The position numbers were made by a program, and so were the translations under genes. From the NCBI GenBank assembly GCA_964035575.1, contig OZ037844.1, positions 372,001 to 436,000 of the forward strand: a DNA stretch of 64,000 nt. Direction: 5' to 3'. A model generated the notes under the pieces. The model made no database searches. It was not told the origin of the DNA and worked only from the letters and a program-made list of their open reading frames with translations. Source of the stretch: Rhynchopus sp. YZ270_cl-10 (Eukaryota). Shown here in pieces: positions 12,086 through 24,639 of the stretch. The stretch's first letter is position 1; every line of letters starts with the position of its first letter.

Positions 12086-14506
12086 TCACACATCCAGTGA
12101 CGAAGGGGAAAGAAAATAAGTAATTCCTATCAAAAAATAATAATAAAAACGGGATGTGCTGTGAATACGGGGTACCCACGCTCCTGGCACTCCACCCTGT
12201 AGAAATAACCTACAACACGCCCAGCACTCTGCTCTGCTGCAGGTATGCGAAAACGCGGCTTCTGCACCGTGCTTGAGGAGAACCTGCTCCACATCTGCAT
12301 GTTGTTCCTGCCTCGCATGGTGCAACGCAGTGTGGCCCAACAAATCTCTGTGGTTCACATCCACCTCCCGCAAGCCAACGAGATAGCGCACAGTCTCGGC
12401 ATGTCCAAAACTAGCCGCAAGGATGAGACATGTGGACCCGGCGTCGTCCACCACACTCACGTCCGCACCTGCTTTCACCAACATCTTCACAATTTCGAGT
12501 TCCCCAACCTCACAAGCACAGTGAAGAGGTGTGCTCCCTTCGCTATCCTTTGCCTCAACATCTGCCCCTGCATCAATGAGCACCTTCGACACAGCAAAGT
12601 CCTTCTGTGACACTGCGAAGTGCAGTGGAGTGTTGCCCTCAGCATTTGACTGATTTACATCCACCTCAGTCATGCACAGAAGAGTACGCACAGTCTCGGT
12701 GTGTCCAACGTCAACCGCAAGGATAAGACATGTGTACCCATCGTCGTCCACCACACTCACGTCCGCACCTGCTTCCACCAACATCTCCACAATGTCGAGT
12801 TCCCCACCCTCACAAGCCCAGTGAAGAGGTGTGCTTCTTCTGCTAGTCTGTGCCTCAATGTCTGCCCCTGCATCAATGAGCAACTTCGACACAGCTGAGT
12901 ACTTCTGTGACACTGCAAGGTGAAGTGGAGTGAAGCCTTCGGTATTTGAATGATTCACATCCACCTCCCGCAAGCCAACGAGATAGCGCACAGTCTCGGC
13001 ATGTCCAAAACTAGCCGCAACGATAAGACACGTGTACCCGTCGTCATCCACCACACACACGTCCGCACCTGCTTCCACCAACATCTCCACAATGTCGAGT
13101 TCCCCAACCTCACAAGCCCAGTGAAGAGGTGTCCTTCCTTTACCAGCTTTTGCATCGATGTCTGCCCCTGCATCAATGAGCAACTTCGACACGGCTGAGT
13201 GCTTCGGTAACACTGCGTGGTGCAGTGCAGTGTCGCCACTGATATTTGACCGATTCACATCCACCTCAGGCATGCACAGAAGAGTACGCATAGTCTCGGT
13301 GTGTCCCAAAGAAGCCGCAGTGGTAAGACACGTATGTCCCTGACTATCCGTGACACACACGTCCGCACCTGCTTTGACCAACACCTTCACAACCTGGGGA
13401 TTCCCACACTGACTTGCCACGAGGAGTGGCGAACGCCCGTCGTTACCCTTCACCTCAATGTCAGCCCCTGCATCAATGAGCACCTGCATCACATCTGCAT
13501 GATTCAATTCCACAGCGACTTCGAGCACAGCACTGTAACCGTCATCACTCTTATGACTCCCGTGGGCCTGAGACAAACCCACAAGAAAGCGCACAGTCTC
13601 GGTGTGTCCATAGCGTGCCGCAAACATAAGACATGTGTCTCCGAAGTTGCACGTAACACACGCACCTGCACCTGCTGCCACCAAAATTATCACAACTGCG
13701 AGTGCTCCTGAACGGCAAGCCCAGTGCAGAGGCGAACATCCCTGCTCGTCCGTTGTCTCGATGTCTGCACCTGCATCAATGAGCACCTCCACCACATCTG
13801 CATGGTTTCGAAGTACTGCATTGAACAACGCAGACCAATCGTCATCAGCTTTGTGATTCACGTTCACATCTTTCAAGCCGACAAGATAGCGCACAGTCTC
13901 GGTGTGTCCATCTGCCGCAATGGTAAGACATGTGTTTCCCCTGTCGTCTGTGACACACACTCCCGCACCTGCTTCCACCAACATCTTCACGACTGCTAAT
14001 TCTCCTGAATGGCAAGACCAGTGCAGAGGCGAACGTCCCATGTCGTCCTTTGTCTCGATGTCTGACCCTGCATCAATGAGCACCTGACACACTGCAGGGT
14101 CCGCCCACATGGCTGGACAGGGTCGGTCTTCTCCTTCCTCCTGCCCGTATGGGACAAACGCAACGTTGCTGCAGACTGACTTCCAATGCTGCAAGAGGAC
14201 CTCCGTGCACGCAGTGTGGTCTGCGTGGATGCACTCACTCAGCAGCATCCCGAAGCCCATCTGCGTTGTCTCAACATACGGAAGAAGCAGTGCGAGGCAT
14301 TCATCGTGGTTCCCTCTGCATGCCTCGTGCACAGCATCGAAGGCAATCTTTTTGCTGTCTGTGTCTGGGCTGAGCTTCTCAAGTCCCGCCCGCACAGCAG
14401 TCGTGTCGCCGTTCCTGGCAGCCTCCACCAAGACCTCGTCTGCAGAAAGCTTTCTTCTCTTTGGTGCCTTCTCGTCAGGTGTGCTGTCTGCGTGTTGCTT
14501 CGACAT
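12086..14506 (-). CDS. Ankyrin-repeat protein, copy 3 (6 modules, novel C-terminal tail)
   Basis: 806-aa ORF; the family GAEE-stop is replaced by GAEAAFSH... from about 12260. Confidence 0.9.
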   Translation of the reverse strand: MSKQHADSTPDEKAPKRRKLSADEVLVEAARNGDTTAVRAGLEKLSPDTDSKKIAFDAVHEACRGNHDECLALLLPYVETTQMGFGMLLSECIHADHTACTEVLLQHWKSVCSNVAFVPYGQEEGEDRPCPAMWADPAVCQVLIDAGSDIETKDDMGRSPLHWSCHSGELAVVKMLVEAGAGVCVTDDRGNTCLTIAADGHTETVRYLVGLKDVNVNHKADDDWSALFNAVLRNHADVVEVLIDAGADIETTDEQGCSPLHWACRSGALAVVIILVAAGAGACVTCNFGDTCLMFAARYGHTETVRFLVGLSQAHGSHKSDDGYSAVLEVAVELNHADVMQVLIDAGADIEVKGNDGRSPLLVASQCGNPQVVKVLVKAGADVCVTDSQGHTCLTTAASLGHTETMRTLLCMPEVDVNRSNISGDTALHHAVLPKHSAVSKLLIDAGADIDAKAGKGRTPLHWACEVGELDIVEMLVEAGADVCVVDDDGYTCLIVAASFGHAETVRYLVGLREVDVNHSNTEGFTPLHLAVSQKYSAVSKLLIDAGADIEAQTSRRSTPLHWACEGGELDIVEMLVEAGADVSVVDDDGYTCLILAVDVGHTETVRTLLCMTEVDVNQSNAEGNTPLHFAVSQKDFAVSKVLIDAGADVEAKDSEGSTPLHCACEVGELEIVKMLVKAGADVSVVDDAGSTCLILAASFGHAETVRYLVGLREVDVNHRDLLGHTALHHARQEQHADVEQVLLKHGAEAAFSHTCSRAECWACCRLFLQGGVPGAWVPRIHSTSRFYYYFLIGITYFLSPSSLDV

Positions 14507-16087
14507 GGTTTGTGAAGATGTTGATATTCAATGTTGTGTCTTTTATGCTGTTTCTTTTTGTGGAGGTTGTGAGGTGAGTGGTGGGTGTCCCTGAACTGCC
14601 TCCCGCCCCTGACAAGCACAGCCACAGTGGAAACGGGTGGTGTGGAAGTCTCCCTCCTGAGGGTGGTGGGAATCTATCTGCACTTACCCCCAAACGACGG
14701 AGTGTAGTATGGGTTACCATGTGTCCATTCTAAATGCGTCCGTTCGCGCTCCCCAAGCCTACACCACGCTTTGCCTCGAGCAGATCCCCCTCAGTGAACT
14801 CTGTACTCTGTGACCCCCTTCGCAATCGTCCGCTTCATTGTTCTGTATGGTGTCTGCATGCTCAAGGAGAACCTGCACTGCACACCACTGCTTGGTCTGT
14901 TCCGCATTCTTTCGTCGATGCTGAAATGCTCCTTCTTCACACATCAGTGACGAAGATTTATTTGTCCCTTTGTCAAAATGTCTTTGTTTTTCTCTTTGTC
15001 TATTTTTCCTGCATTTCTTATTCTCTTCTTTGTACTTTCTTTTGTTTTGGTTGTTGTTAGATACGCTCAATCGCCTATCGAGTTCTGTGAATAGCACGGA
15101 ACTCCTTTTCATGTGTATCCATGGAAAGACAGTATCATATGTGATACCGGAAAATTTTGAAAAAGGGTGTCATTGAGAAAAGCAAAGTGAAGTTGATAGT
15201 GCAAACGCCTCGGGGACACAGGCACTGACACTCCGCGGGTTATCGAACCCCGGAGTGTTGCGCTTGGGAAACAAACAACGGACGGGCTGTATATTTTCAT
15301 CATATGGGTGAATTTTTTTTGCCCCCCCACGTTTCAAACCGCGAAACATTTTTTTTTGGCAAAGACAATTTTCAGCTGAAAAAAAAAAAAATTTTTTTTT
15401 CCCCCTGACAGGGCCTGTGCTCGAAAAAAAAAATTTTTTTTTTCTGTGGGTGAAAAAGACATGTCGAAAAAAATAAAATAAAAATATAGTCGCCCCGGCG
15501 GGCCCTCGCCCCATTTTTGATATGATAATGATCTGAACCAATGATTTCTTTACTTTAGTTTTTCTGCAAGTGCGGCTGTTGTGACCCTTCTTGTCACACT
15601 TACTACATGCTGTGCGCTGTGCGATTTTATTGACTTAAATTTTTTCAAAATATGAACCCATACTCGTAAACAAGGGTCATTTTCAGGTTTGAAAACCCAA
15701 CTTCAGATGAAATTGTGGTGTTTTGAGTGGGAACACAGTAGCGCCGCAGGCGCACGGTACCCAACTTTTGTCTTTTTTCTTTTTCCCTTTTCTCTGCTTT
15801 CTTTTGATTGCGCGAGCCGATTGCTCTCCACGGTGGGGTCATATGTGTGTGCAAAAACACTCTGAAGTACCCTTACTGTGAAATATGAGATTCTCTGGTT
15901 TTAGTAAGGAAAAACGTACCGAGCAAAATCGTCAAAAATCTACGGTAGTCGGGGTGCGGGATTCGTGACCCAAAACATCGGTTTTTGGCATTTCTGAATC
16001 TTTTCCAGAAAGCGGTGGGGTCATTTCGAAAAAATGGACAAAATTTTAGTGACTTAAATTTTCACAAAATATGAACCCATACTCTTA

Positions 16088-16342
16088 CTGGGGGGGGCCG
16101 AATAGTAGATCCCCCCTTTGAATAGTAGATCCCCCCCTAAATTTTAGACTCCAATTTTTTTGACCCTATTTTAGGTGCTCGAAAGTGGAGTCTGACCCCC
16201 ATGTCCAGGTCACAAAAATGCCCGATGAGTCCAATAAAGCAACAGATTTCATGTTTTGAGTAGTTGTGGTAATATGTGGAAAAAAAATTATACAGGGGGG
16301 ATCTACTATTTAGGGGGGATCCACTATTCGCCCCCCCCCCAG
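16088..16342. mobile_element. MITE with TA TSD (Tc1/mariner-like)
   Basis: TA|CTGGGGGGGGCCGAATAGTAGATCCCCCC ... GGGGGGATCCACTATTCGCCCCCCCCCCAG|TA. An empty homologous site (CCCATACTCGTAAACAAGGGT) is at about 15657-15677. Confidence 0.85.
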
Positions 16343-16549
16343 TAAACAAGGGTAAAAAAAAAAAAAAAAAAACAAAAAATCAGGATCATATGTCATATCT
16401 CGTATGAGCACCCCTGCTTTTTCACCCACAGAAAAAAAAAATTTTTTTTTTCGAGCACAGGCCCTGTCAGGGCAGGGCTATCGGTAAGAGATATGAAATA
16501 TGATCGCCTTTTTAAAAAAAAAATTTTTTTTTTTTTTTGGGCAAATTGA

Positions 16550-17276
16550 CAGGCCTTTTGCTAACCATCATGCCATCATGCCACGTTTTTGGGCGTTTTT
16601 TATTTTTTTTTCCATCATGCCACCATCATGCCACGGGGGGTGGTGGGGCAAGGCTTTCGCTATCCATCACCTGGGGATTTCCCCCCAGATGGCATGATGG
16701 CATGATGGCATGATGGCATGATGGCATGATGGCATGATGGCATGATGGCATGATGGCATGATGGCATGATGGCATGATGGCACCTTAAAATTTTTCTGCT
16801 CGCTGCGCTCGCGGAGGTATACCTCAAAAAAATTTCCGCTCGCTTCGCTCGCGCTGTACGCCATTTTCTTCCTGCCTACGGTGCCATTTTACAATGTCTA
16901 GGGGGATTCACTGCATTTTACAGCCAAAAATGAAATTTGACCCAAGCTGCAAAAGTTTGACCATTTTTAGTTCAAAGTGACCCAGCCGTTGCAACAGCCC
17001 CTGCTTCTGGAAGACGTATTGATTTTGTACGGTTAGTGTACGTAAGGCGCAAGACCAAGCGCCGTTAATAAAGGATTAGATTCCGTTTTTTTGTTATCTC
17101 GCAAAGCTGACCCTTCGCCTCTCCACCCTGTGGCTGGCAGGGAGGCGCGCGCGAAGCGCGCGACGACCGCTTTCACCAGGTGGGAAAGCTCGGAATGTAC
17201 TTTTTTTCCAGGAAATTATTTTTTTTTGACCATCATGCCATTCAGGGGGAAAATCCCAAAGTTAGCAAAAGGCCTG
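16550..17276. mobile_element. hAT-like MITE (CAGG termini) containing (GATGGCAT)n
   Basis: TIR CAGGCCTTTTGCTAAC / GTTAGCAAAAGGCCTG; flanks GGCAAATTGA / GGCAAATTGC (imperfect duplication). Confidence 0.8.
16688..16782. repeat. (GATGGCAT) x about 12 tandem repeat
   Basis: Read directly; the unit is the reverse complement of the CCATCATG subterminal motif of the host MITE. Confidence 0.95.
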
Positions 17277-18285
17277 GGCAAATTGCGATAACACGTATAC
17301 TTTTTGTTTCCATTTGCGATAACACGTACGCAAAAAGTATACGTGTTATCGCGAAAAAGTGTACGTGTTATCGCGAAAAGTGGTCAAAAAAGTATACGTG
17401 TTATCGCGAACAAAAATGTACGTGTTTCCTTCTTCTAAGGTGCTCGCTCTCCATACCTAGACCCTCGAATTTTTTTTTTTGGGCCCCAAAAATGGCTAAT
17501 TTCGACGATTTGAGGCCATTCAAAGCAAAATTTGGCACTTTTGAGCATCTGTGGGGGTCTAGAACGCGGTTGCGAGCACCCCGTTTTTTAGCGAAATATG
17601 TACGTGTTATCGCGAAAAGTGTTCAAAAAAATGTACGTGTGACATTCAGAAGACAGGGTCTGGTGGTAAATTTTGCGTATCCCTCTGTGTGGGTCACTCA
17701 CACTTGCGGTCATGTGCCACTGCGTGGGTCTGGGAACCAGACTTACGTACTTAAGGTGCACGAAGACAGGGTCTGGTGGTAAATTTTGCGTAGTACTGCG
17801 ACGTGGTACTGCGTGGGTCTGGGAATATGGGTACCTGGGTACAGGATATTTGTTGTCAAAGACATCTTCCACCATGCATTGAGGAGGGTAAGACAGTGGT
17901 CGCAGTTTGTACTTGATAGCATTACAACATTTAACTTCTCCACGGGGGTCTTGGGCCGTTCATTCGGTTATACCTTGACTAGCGGAAGAGGCCTTTTTGG
18001 TCTCTAGAATATCCGGTATTCCCGAACGGAGGCACACTTTGTGTGTTACTACGACCTGGCAACTTCCAGCAGTAGGTTAAGTAATCTTTCTTGTAAATTG
18101 TTGGATCATTATCTCCTCAGTGCATGAATGCCCCACGTGACTGGACACTTTTGTGTTTGTCATGTGGAGCTGTGGTTGCTCTTTCACGACTTTTATCCTT
18201 GTACACAGTGTACCCAGTACCCAGTGCCCTGTCACGACTTTTTCCGTGACAAAAAGTTTGGTTTCCTTGACAAACCAGGTACCCA

Positions 18286-18461
18286 GGTACCTGGGTACCT
18301 GGGTACCTGGGTACCTGGGTACCTGGGTACCTGGGTACCTGGGTACCTGGGTACCTGGGTACCTGGGTACCTGGGTACCTGGGTACCTGGGTACCTGGGT
18401 ACCTGGGTACCTGGGTACCTGGGTACCTGGGTACCTGGGTACCTGTGTACCTGGGTACCTG
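18286..18461. repeat. (GGTACCTG) x 22 tandem repeat
   Basis: Read directly; one variant unit; begins with a palindromic orientation flip (CCAGGTACCCAGGTACCTGGG). Confidence 0.95.
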
Positions 18462-18611
18462 GGAAAACACGTACGTTTTTGTTCGCGAAAACACGTACAC
18501 TTTTTCGCGATAACACGTATACTTTTTGTGTACGTGTTATCGCAAATCGAAAAAAAAAGTATACGTGTTATCGCAATTTACCCTTTTTTTTTTTTTTTTA
18601 CCAGGCCAAAT

Positions 18612-19429
18612 CAGGGCTATTTCTAAAAACCTGTCCCTGTCCCTGATTTTTGGAAAATGAAAGTTGCCAAAAAATTTGCACGTACTACAGTACTTACAGA
18701 GAGGGGGGTGGGCTTTCTGCTTGAAGAAAGTTGCCGATTTTTTTTGTGTTGGAAAGTTTTCTTCCAGATTGTGCAAGACACGGGGTTTTTGATATTTTCT
18801 GAAAAAACAGAGAGGGCGCACCAGGCCGCATGCCGGAGGTGCTATGATGGGGTTTCTTAGAAAACTTGTTCTCTACACTAACATCACACTGGTACCGTAC
18901 TCATTTTAACAAAAACCAAGAACTTGCCCAATTCTGCAAATTGACCCCACCACAGAACGGACGGATTCCGGAAATGCAAATGCCGGTGTTTTCGCGCATT
19001 TTCATGTTTCAGCATCTGGGAGAGAAAATCTGGGTTGTGGGATTTACCTTGGCCCCTTTACCTTACACTCATTTTGACCAAAACCAAGAACTTGGCCATT
19101 TCTGCAAATTGACCCCACCACAGTGCGGACAGATTCCGGAAATGCCAATCGCAGTATGTTTTGGGGCTGAAAAAATTTCAGGGGAAATTTTTTTTGAGCA
19201 GCATTTTTTGGCCGAAAATGGGCCCCACGTATAAGCAACCGGGCTCATATTTTCAAAAAATTTAAGTGGTCAAAAAATTGTCCAATTTTCGAGATTGACC
19301 CCACCACTGCACGGGTGAATCCCAAAAATGCAAATAAGGATGTTTTTGGCACAAAATAAATCTGCCAAAAAATTTGTGTCCCGGATTGGATTTTGGACCC
19401 CCCGGACCCCATATTTAGAAATAGCCCTG
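18612..19429. mobile_element. hAT-like non-autonomous element, 8-bp TSD
   Basis: TIR CAGGGCTATTTCTAAA / TTTAGAAATAGCCCTG; perfect TSD GGCCAAAT at 18604-18611 and 19430-19437. Confidence 0.9.
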
Positions 19430-20588
19430 GGCCAAATATGATCAGAGATGCCCCGCCAACGTGCGGAGCCGAAAGCTCGGAATGGGTTTTTGCCGCTGTA
19501 CACTGTAGTATACTACCTGAACTGAGTATGTGTATATCAGTGGCTGTCACGAAAGGTGTCAATTTCAGAATCCCAAAAAAAAAAGTCAAAAATTTTTTTT
19601 GAAAAGTACGTATTTGGGCTTAAATTTGCCCGCTGATTCCATTGGAGCAAGAATTTTGAACTTTTGAAAAAATCAAATTTAGTCAAATCCAAAAAAGCGG
19701 TTTTTGCCGAAAATCTTTTTGAAATCCCGGGATAGGAGCCTAATTTTCCGGAGCTGGAAACTGCGCGGATCTGCATTTCCGGAGTCCGCGCAAAAAAATG
19801 AAAAAAAAAATCGAGAAGATTAGTGGAGTAGAAGTTTAGTGGAAGGTGGTCCACTGGGTTTGGGCACTTTACTACTGTATTCCTATGGGTAAAAACCCGT
19901 TCAAAAGTGCGTATGTGGGCCACCATGTAAAAAAAAGTGGTGAGGGTGAGGCTTTTGTGTTGTTTGAGGGCTTCAAAACCTTATTCAGAGTCTTCTATGT
20001 AGTTTTTTTTTACAACTCGTTGTAAAACCACCTGAATATATGACCTAGGGAACCTACGACAAACGTGACCGACCCATTTTTTGCACCTTTCCACTGTATT
20101 CCGGAGCTGGGGGTGGTAACTCGCCTTGTTGCCCAAGGCAGACCAAGCCACCTCTCCTTTGGGACGTCAGCAGAAGACGCCAGGACCCAAGCACGCACGT
20201 ACTTCGGCAGCAACGCAATTTGCCAGCCATTCTCACAGCTGTCACGAAGCAACATCGCTCCAGCATTACCAGGACAGGTTCTGATTATGAGCCATTTTCC
20301 TTAGTGTTTTCCCCTATTAAAAGTAGTGAAAATTCGATTTTTGGGGGAGAGCCGACCATCCCACAGGAAAAAATGAGGTGCAAAAAATTTAACGCCCATT
20401 CTTTTGAAAATGTGCATGTGAGGAAAAATTCTAAACAGGTAACAGATGCTCAAAAGTGAAAAATTCTGGCGTTAATGGATCGCTAGGGTGGGTAAACTAC
20501 CCAATCCAAAAATTATCGAACAGATTCGTGTTCCAAAAAACCCAAAAAAAAATCCAAAAACCATAGGGTCCCCCCTATGGTTTTTATA

Positions 20589-21873
20589 CAGTACACAGTA
20601 CACAGTACACAGTACACAGTACACAGTACACAGTACACAGTACACAGTACACAGTACACAGTACACAGTACACAGTACACAGTACACAGTACACAGTACA
20701 CAGTACACAGTACACAGTACACAGTACACAGTACACAGTACACAGTACACAGTACACAGTACACAGTACACAGTACACAGTACACAGTACACAGTACACA
20801 GTACACAGTACACAGTACACAGTACACAGTACACAGTACACAGTACACAGTACACAGTACACAGTACACAGTACACAGTACACAGTACACAGTACACAGT
20901 ACACAGTACACAGTACACAGTACACAGTACACAGTACACAGTACACAGTACCCAGTACCCAGTACCCAGTACCCAGTACCCAGTACCCAGTACCCAGTAC
21001 CCAGTACCCAGTACCCAGTACCCAGTACCCAGTACCCAGTACCCAGTACCCAGTACCCAGTACCCAGTACCCAGTACCCAGTACCCAGTACCCAGTACCC
21101 AGTACCCAGTACCCAGTACCCAGTACCCAGTACCCAGTACCCAGTACCCAGTACCCAGTACCCAGTACCCAGTACCCAGTACCCAGTACCCAGTACCCAG
21201 TACCCAGTACCCAGTACCCAGTACCCAGTACCCAGTACCCAGTACAGTACAGTACAGTACAGTACAGTACAGTACAGTACAGTACAGTACAGTACAGTAC
21301 AGTACAGTACAGTACAGTACAGTACAGTACAGTACAGTACAGTACAGTACAGTACAGTACAGTACAGTACAGTACAGTACAGTACAGTACAGTACAGTAC
21401 AGTACAGTACAGTACAGTACAGTACAGTACAGTACAGTACAGTACAGTACAGTACAGTACAGTACAGTACAGTACAGTACAGTACAGTACAGTACAGTAC
21501 AGTACAGTACAGTACAGTACAGTACAGTACAGTACAGTACAGTACAGTACAGTACAGTACAGTACAGTACAGTACAGTACAGTACAGTACAGTACAGTAC
21601 AGTACAGTACAGTACAGTACAGTACAGTACAGTACAGTACAGTACAGTACAGTACAGTACAGTACAGTACAGTACAGTACAGTACAGTACAGTACAGTAC
21701 AGTACAGTACAGTACAGTACAGTACAGTACAGTACAGTACAGTACAGTACAGTACAGTACAGTACAGTACAGTACAGTACAGTACAGTACAGTACAGTAC
21801 AGTACAGTACAGTACAGTACAGTACAGTACAGTACAGTACAGTACAGTACAGTACAGTACAGTACAGTACAGT
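20589..21873. repeat. Compound satellite (CAGTACA)51-(CAGTACC)42-(CAGTA)126
   Basis: Blocks 20589-20945, 20946-21239 and 21240-21869; each appears perfectly homogeneous. Confidence 0.97.
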
Positions 21874-23379
21874 GCGATTCACATATCAGACAAGATCTCG
21901 TTAGGCGTATACTCTGGGCCTCGTTCACTTAATAAACCACAGATGCAAATTTTTGAGCCTACGACCCCGCATTTAACTCATTTCGATCCGCTGATTTCAA
22001 TCCCAAAAATATTTCAAAAAAATATTTCTGGTGTGGCAATAGTAAAGGGGGGTATGGATATTGGAAAACAGGCCTTCATATACGCCTAACGAGATTTTGG
22101 AAGATATATTCACAAAACTTTCACTACCGCTTCATAAAAATTCACAAAACCATGTGGCTGACGACCCCAAAATAGCACAGTGTGACAGAGTCTAAACAGC
22201 ATTGGTTCACTCATACGACCTGCACACCACACACGACACTGTTGTTGATGTGCACATTCTGCACAACTACGGCGAGGTCGTTGCGAAGCTGTACTGGGTG
22301 CAAGGCGCAGGGGTGCAGCTTTCACAGGCAAAGTTCTATGGGTAGTCCTGCATTGCGACTGTGACGGCATCAGCCGCGCTTATTTTTTCTTCTACAAGCT
22401 TGGTGTCAGGGATGAAACATTGCATGATTTTTCTCTACCTACCACCTCCCGTGCATGAGTCTGTGTATAAGTCCGATTTTTGGGCCCCCGGACTTATACA
22501 CCGGTTTGCGCACGCAGGAACCCAGACCCACGCAGTGGCACATTACCTCAGTAGTGACCCACACACGAGGGAATGTGACACAGCAAAAATTTTTCCCCCA
22601 GACCCTGTCTTCATGCACCTTCGGCACAACGCCGCAGGCAGGCCAAACAGCGTATAGAATTTGTTGTTTGTAAGCTACCCGCATGTTGAAGGGCCACATT
22701 TCGCCCTCCACTAATTGCTTTTGTTTTTGACTTATTTTTGCCCCCCCCCAAATGCACCGATATTACGACCGGCGTAATATCGGTCGGGCTGTATGAATTT
22801 TCATCACCACAAAACAAATTACCCCAAATCACCCCACACAAAATGAAAGTCAGTGTGGTGGAAGGGGGCTGGCTGCACTTTCCGCGCACATTTCCCATGT
22901 TGGCAGAAGAGAACATGGTCAATGATGTGTGGGGTAACATCTCCACCATTCCTCCGGGCTACCCCTCCAAAAACGCCCCACTTGTTCGTTGCTTTTCAGC
23001 CCAGAACCCTGTTTCTATTCACTTACCTGTACTGGTAAGATTGCCACTACAATTCGCACTCTATCCTCCCGCCCAATCGTCCACAACAAAAGTGCACACA
23101 AGCATCAAGACATGCGGAGACGAGCCGGTTACGTTTAACCCGATGCGTCCCACAGAATTTTTTGGGATTTCAAGGAAGTAGCGAGGTCAACAGGAATGCG
23201 GGGACGAGCCAGATAACGCAACCCGATAGCGGCGACAGATTGCGCCCGCGCGCACCCACCCCGCGAAGCGGGGTGGGTGCGTGCGGGCGCTGCGCAGCGA
23301 AGCCTTTGCGCGAAGCGCAAAGGCGAGCGGAGCCGGGGGGTCTGGGGGGCGGAGCCCCCCAGAAATTTTTTTTTAATAA

Positions 23380-23781
23380 GGGCACGGTAATTTTTATTTT
23401 TGGTAAGCGTCTGCGTGCGTACTTTTTTTTTGAGATTCCAGGGAAAAAAATTATGCAGAAAAAAAAATTATAAAGGGGGGCCCTCAATAACTCAAGAATG
23501 TATTTTAGGTAAAAAATGTATATTTTTCAGCGCAAATTGACCCCATCACAGCACACACAGACTCCTGAGAGCCGAAATCAAAAAAAAAATCCCCCGATTT
23601 TTTGTGGGCAAAAATTGGTGGGAAAATATTTTTGGTACCTGTATTTCCCCCACTGTAATTTTCCTCTATAATTTTTTTCACCACTCATAATTTTTTTTAC
23701 TGCATAATTTTTTTTTGCGTGCGTGCGTACTTTTTTTTGAGAAGTGCTCTGACGCTTACCAAGAAAAAAATTACCGTGCCC
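23380..23781. mobile_element. PIF/Harbinger (Tourist-like) MITE
   Basis: TAA|GGGCACGGTAATTTTT ... AAAAATTACCGTGCCC|TAA: GGG termini with TAA TSD. Confidence 0.85.
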
Positions 23782-24639
23782 TAACAGAGTATTTTTCCCT
23801 GTTTCCAGGTGTATTTTTGGGTGTCTTGCAGGGTGCATCTAAAAAATTAGAAAATTTAAAAACGAAAACGAAAACGCCTTATTTGGGCTTTTTCGCGACC
23901 GCTCTTTCCAATCCGAAAATTATCGACCCTATTTTTTTACAACCTGGTATAGTCATATCACACCCCCAGTCAACATCAGCCAAAAAGTCACTTTTTCAAA
24001 AACGGATTCTCGCACTTGAAGGTGCAAAAAGGGCTCAGATCGCTTCAAAACGTGCGTTTTGAACCGAACGACAACCCTCTCTGAATTCACGACATTTTTT
24101 CTCGACCCGATTAGTGGAGTAGATATTTGTTATTACCCCCTGGTTACCCTACTGACACATTTTCAAAAGAATGGGTGTAAAAAAAAGTACGGAATTGAGA
24201 GATTTTTGACGAATGAATCCAAAGAAAGCATTTTCGAAAAAAATATTCAACTTCTGGTCGGTCCACAGGCCAGTTTCCTTAGGCCACTTTTTCGACCCTC
24301 ATCCCACAATCCCGGGGAGGGGGAGAAAAAAATTTCCCCCGGAAACTGCGCGGATCTGCATTTCCGGAGTCCGCGCAAAAAAATGCAAAAAAAATCGATA
24401 AGATTAGTGGAGTAGAAGTTTAGTGGAAGGTGGTCCACCAAATTGACACCTTTCGTGACAGCCACTGATATGTCCGAGCCTCGACCAACACGGACATATG
24501 CACGGGGGGGCGTAGGTATTTGGTGTTGTTCATTTACCCTACCACTTTCCGCAATCGATCCGGAAATGCAATTGGGCTCAATTTCGGGTATTTTAGGATG
24601 ACGACAAAAGTGGGCGTACCCCCTTGTTTAAAGTTTAAT

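Larger units (their letters stand above)
16539..18583. mobile_element. Long-TIR element (Mutator-like termini) inserted in a poly-T tract
   Basis: GGGCAAATTGCGATAACACG... (left end interrupted by 16550-17276) vs ...CGTGTTATCGCAATTTACCC. Many ACGTGTTATCGC subterminal repeats; T-runs on both flanks. Confidence 0.65.
19538..24467. mobile_element. 4.9-kb TIR element (CAGTGG termini) containing the compound satellite
   Basis: 28-bp perfect TIR CAGTGGCTGTCACGAAAGGTGTCAATTT with ATAT on both flanks. About 100 bp of subterminal sequence is directly repeated (19757-19853 and 24342-24438). Confidence 0.85.

Noticed and set aside
20472..22089. Long ORFs (STQYTVH / VLYCT repeats)
   Set aside because: Artefacts of stop-free satellite units.
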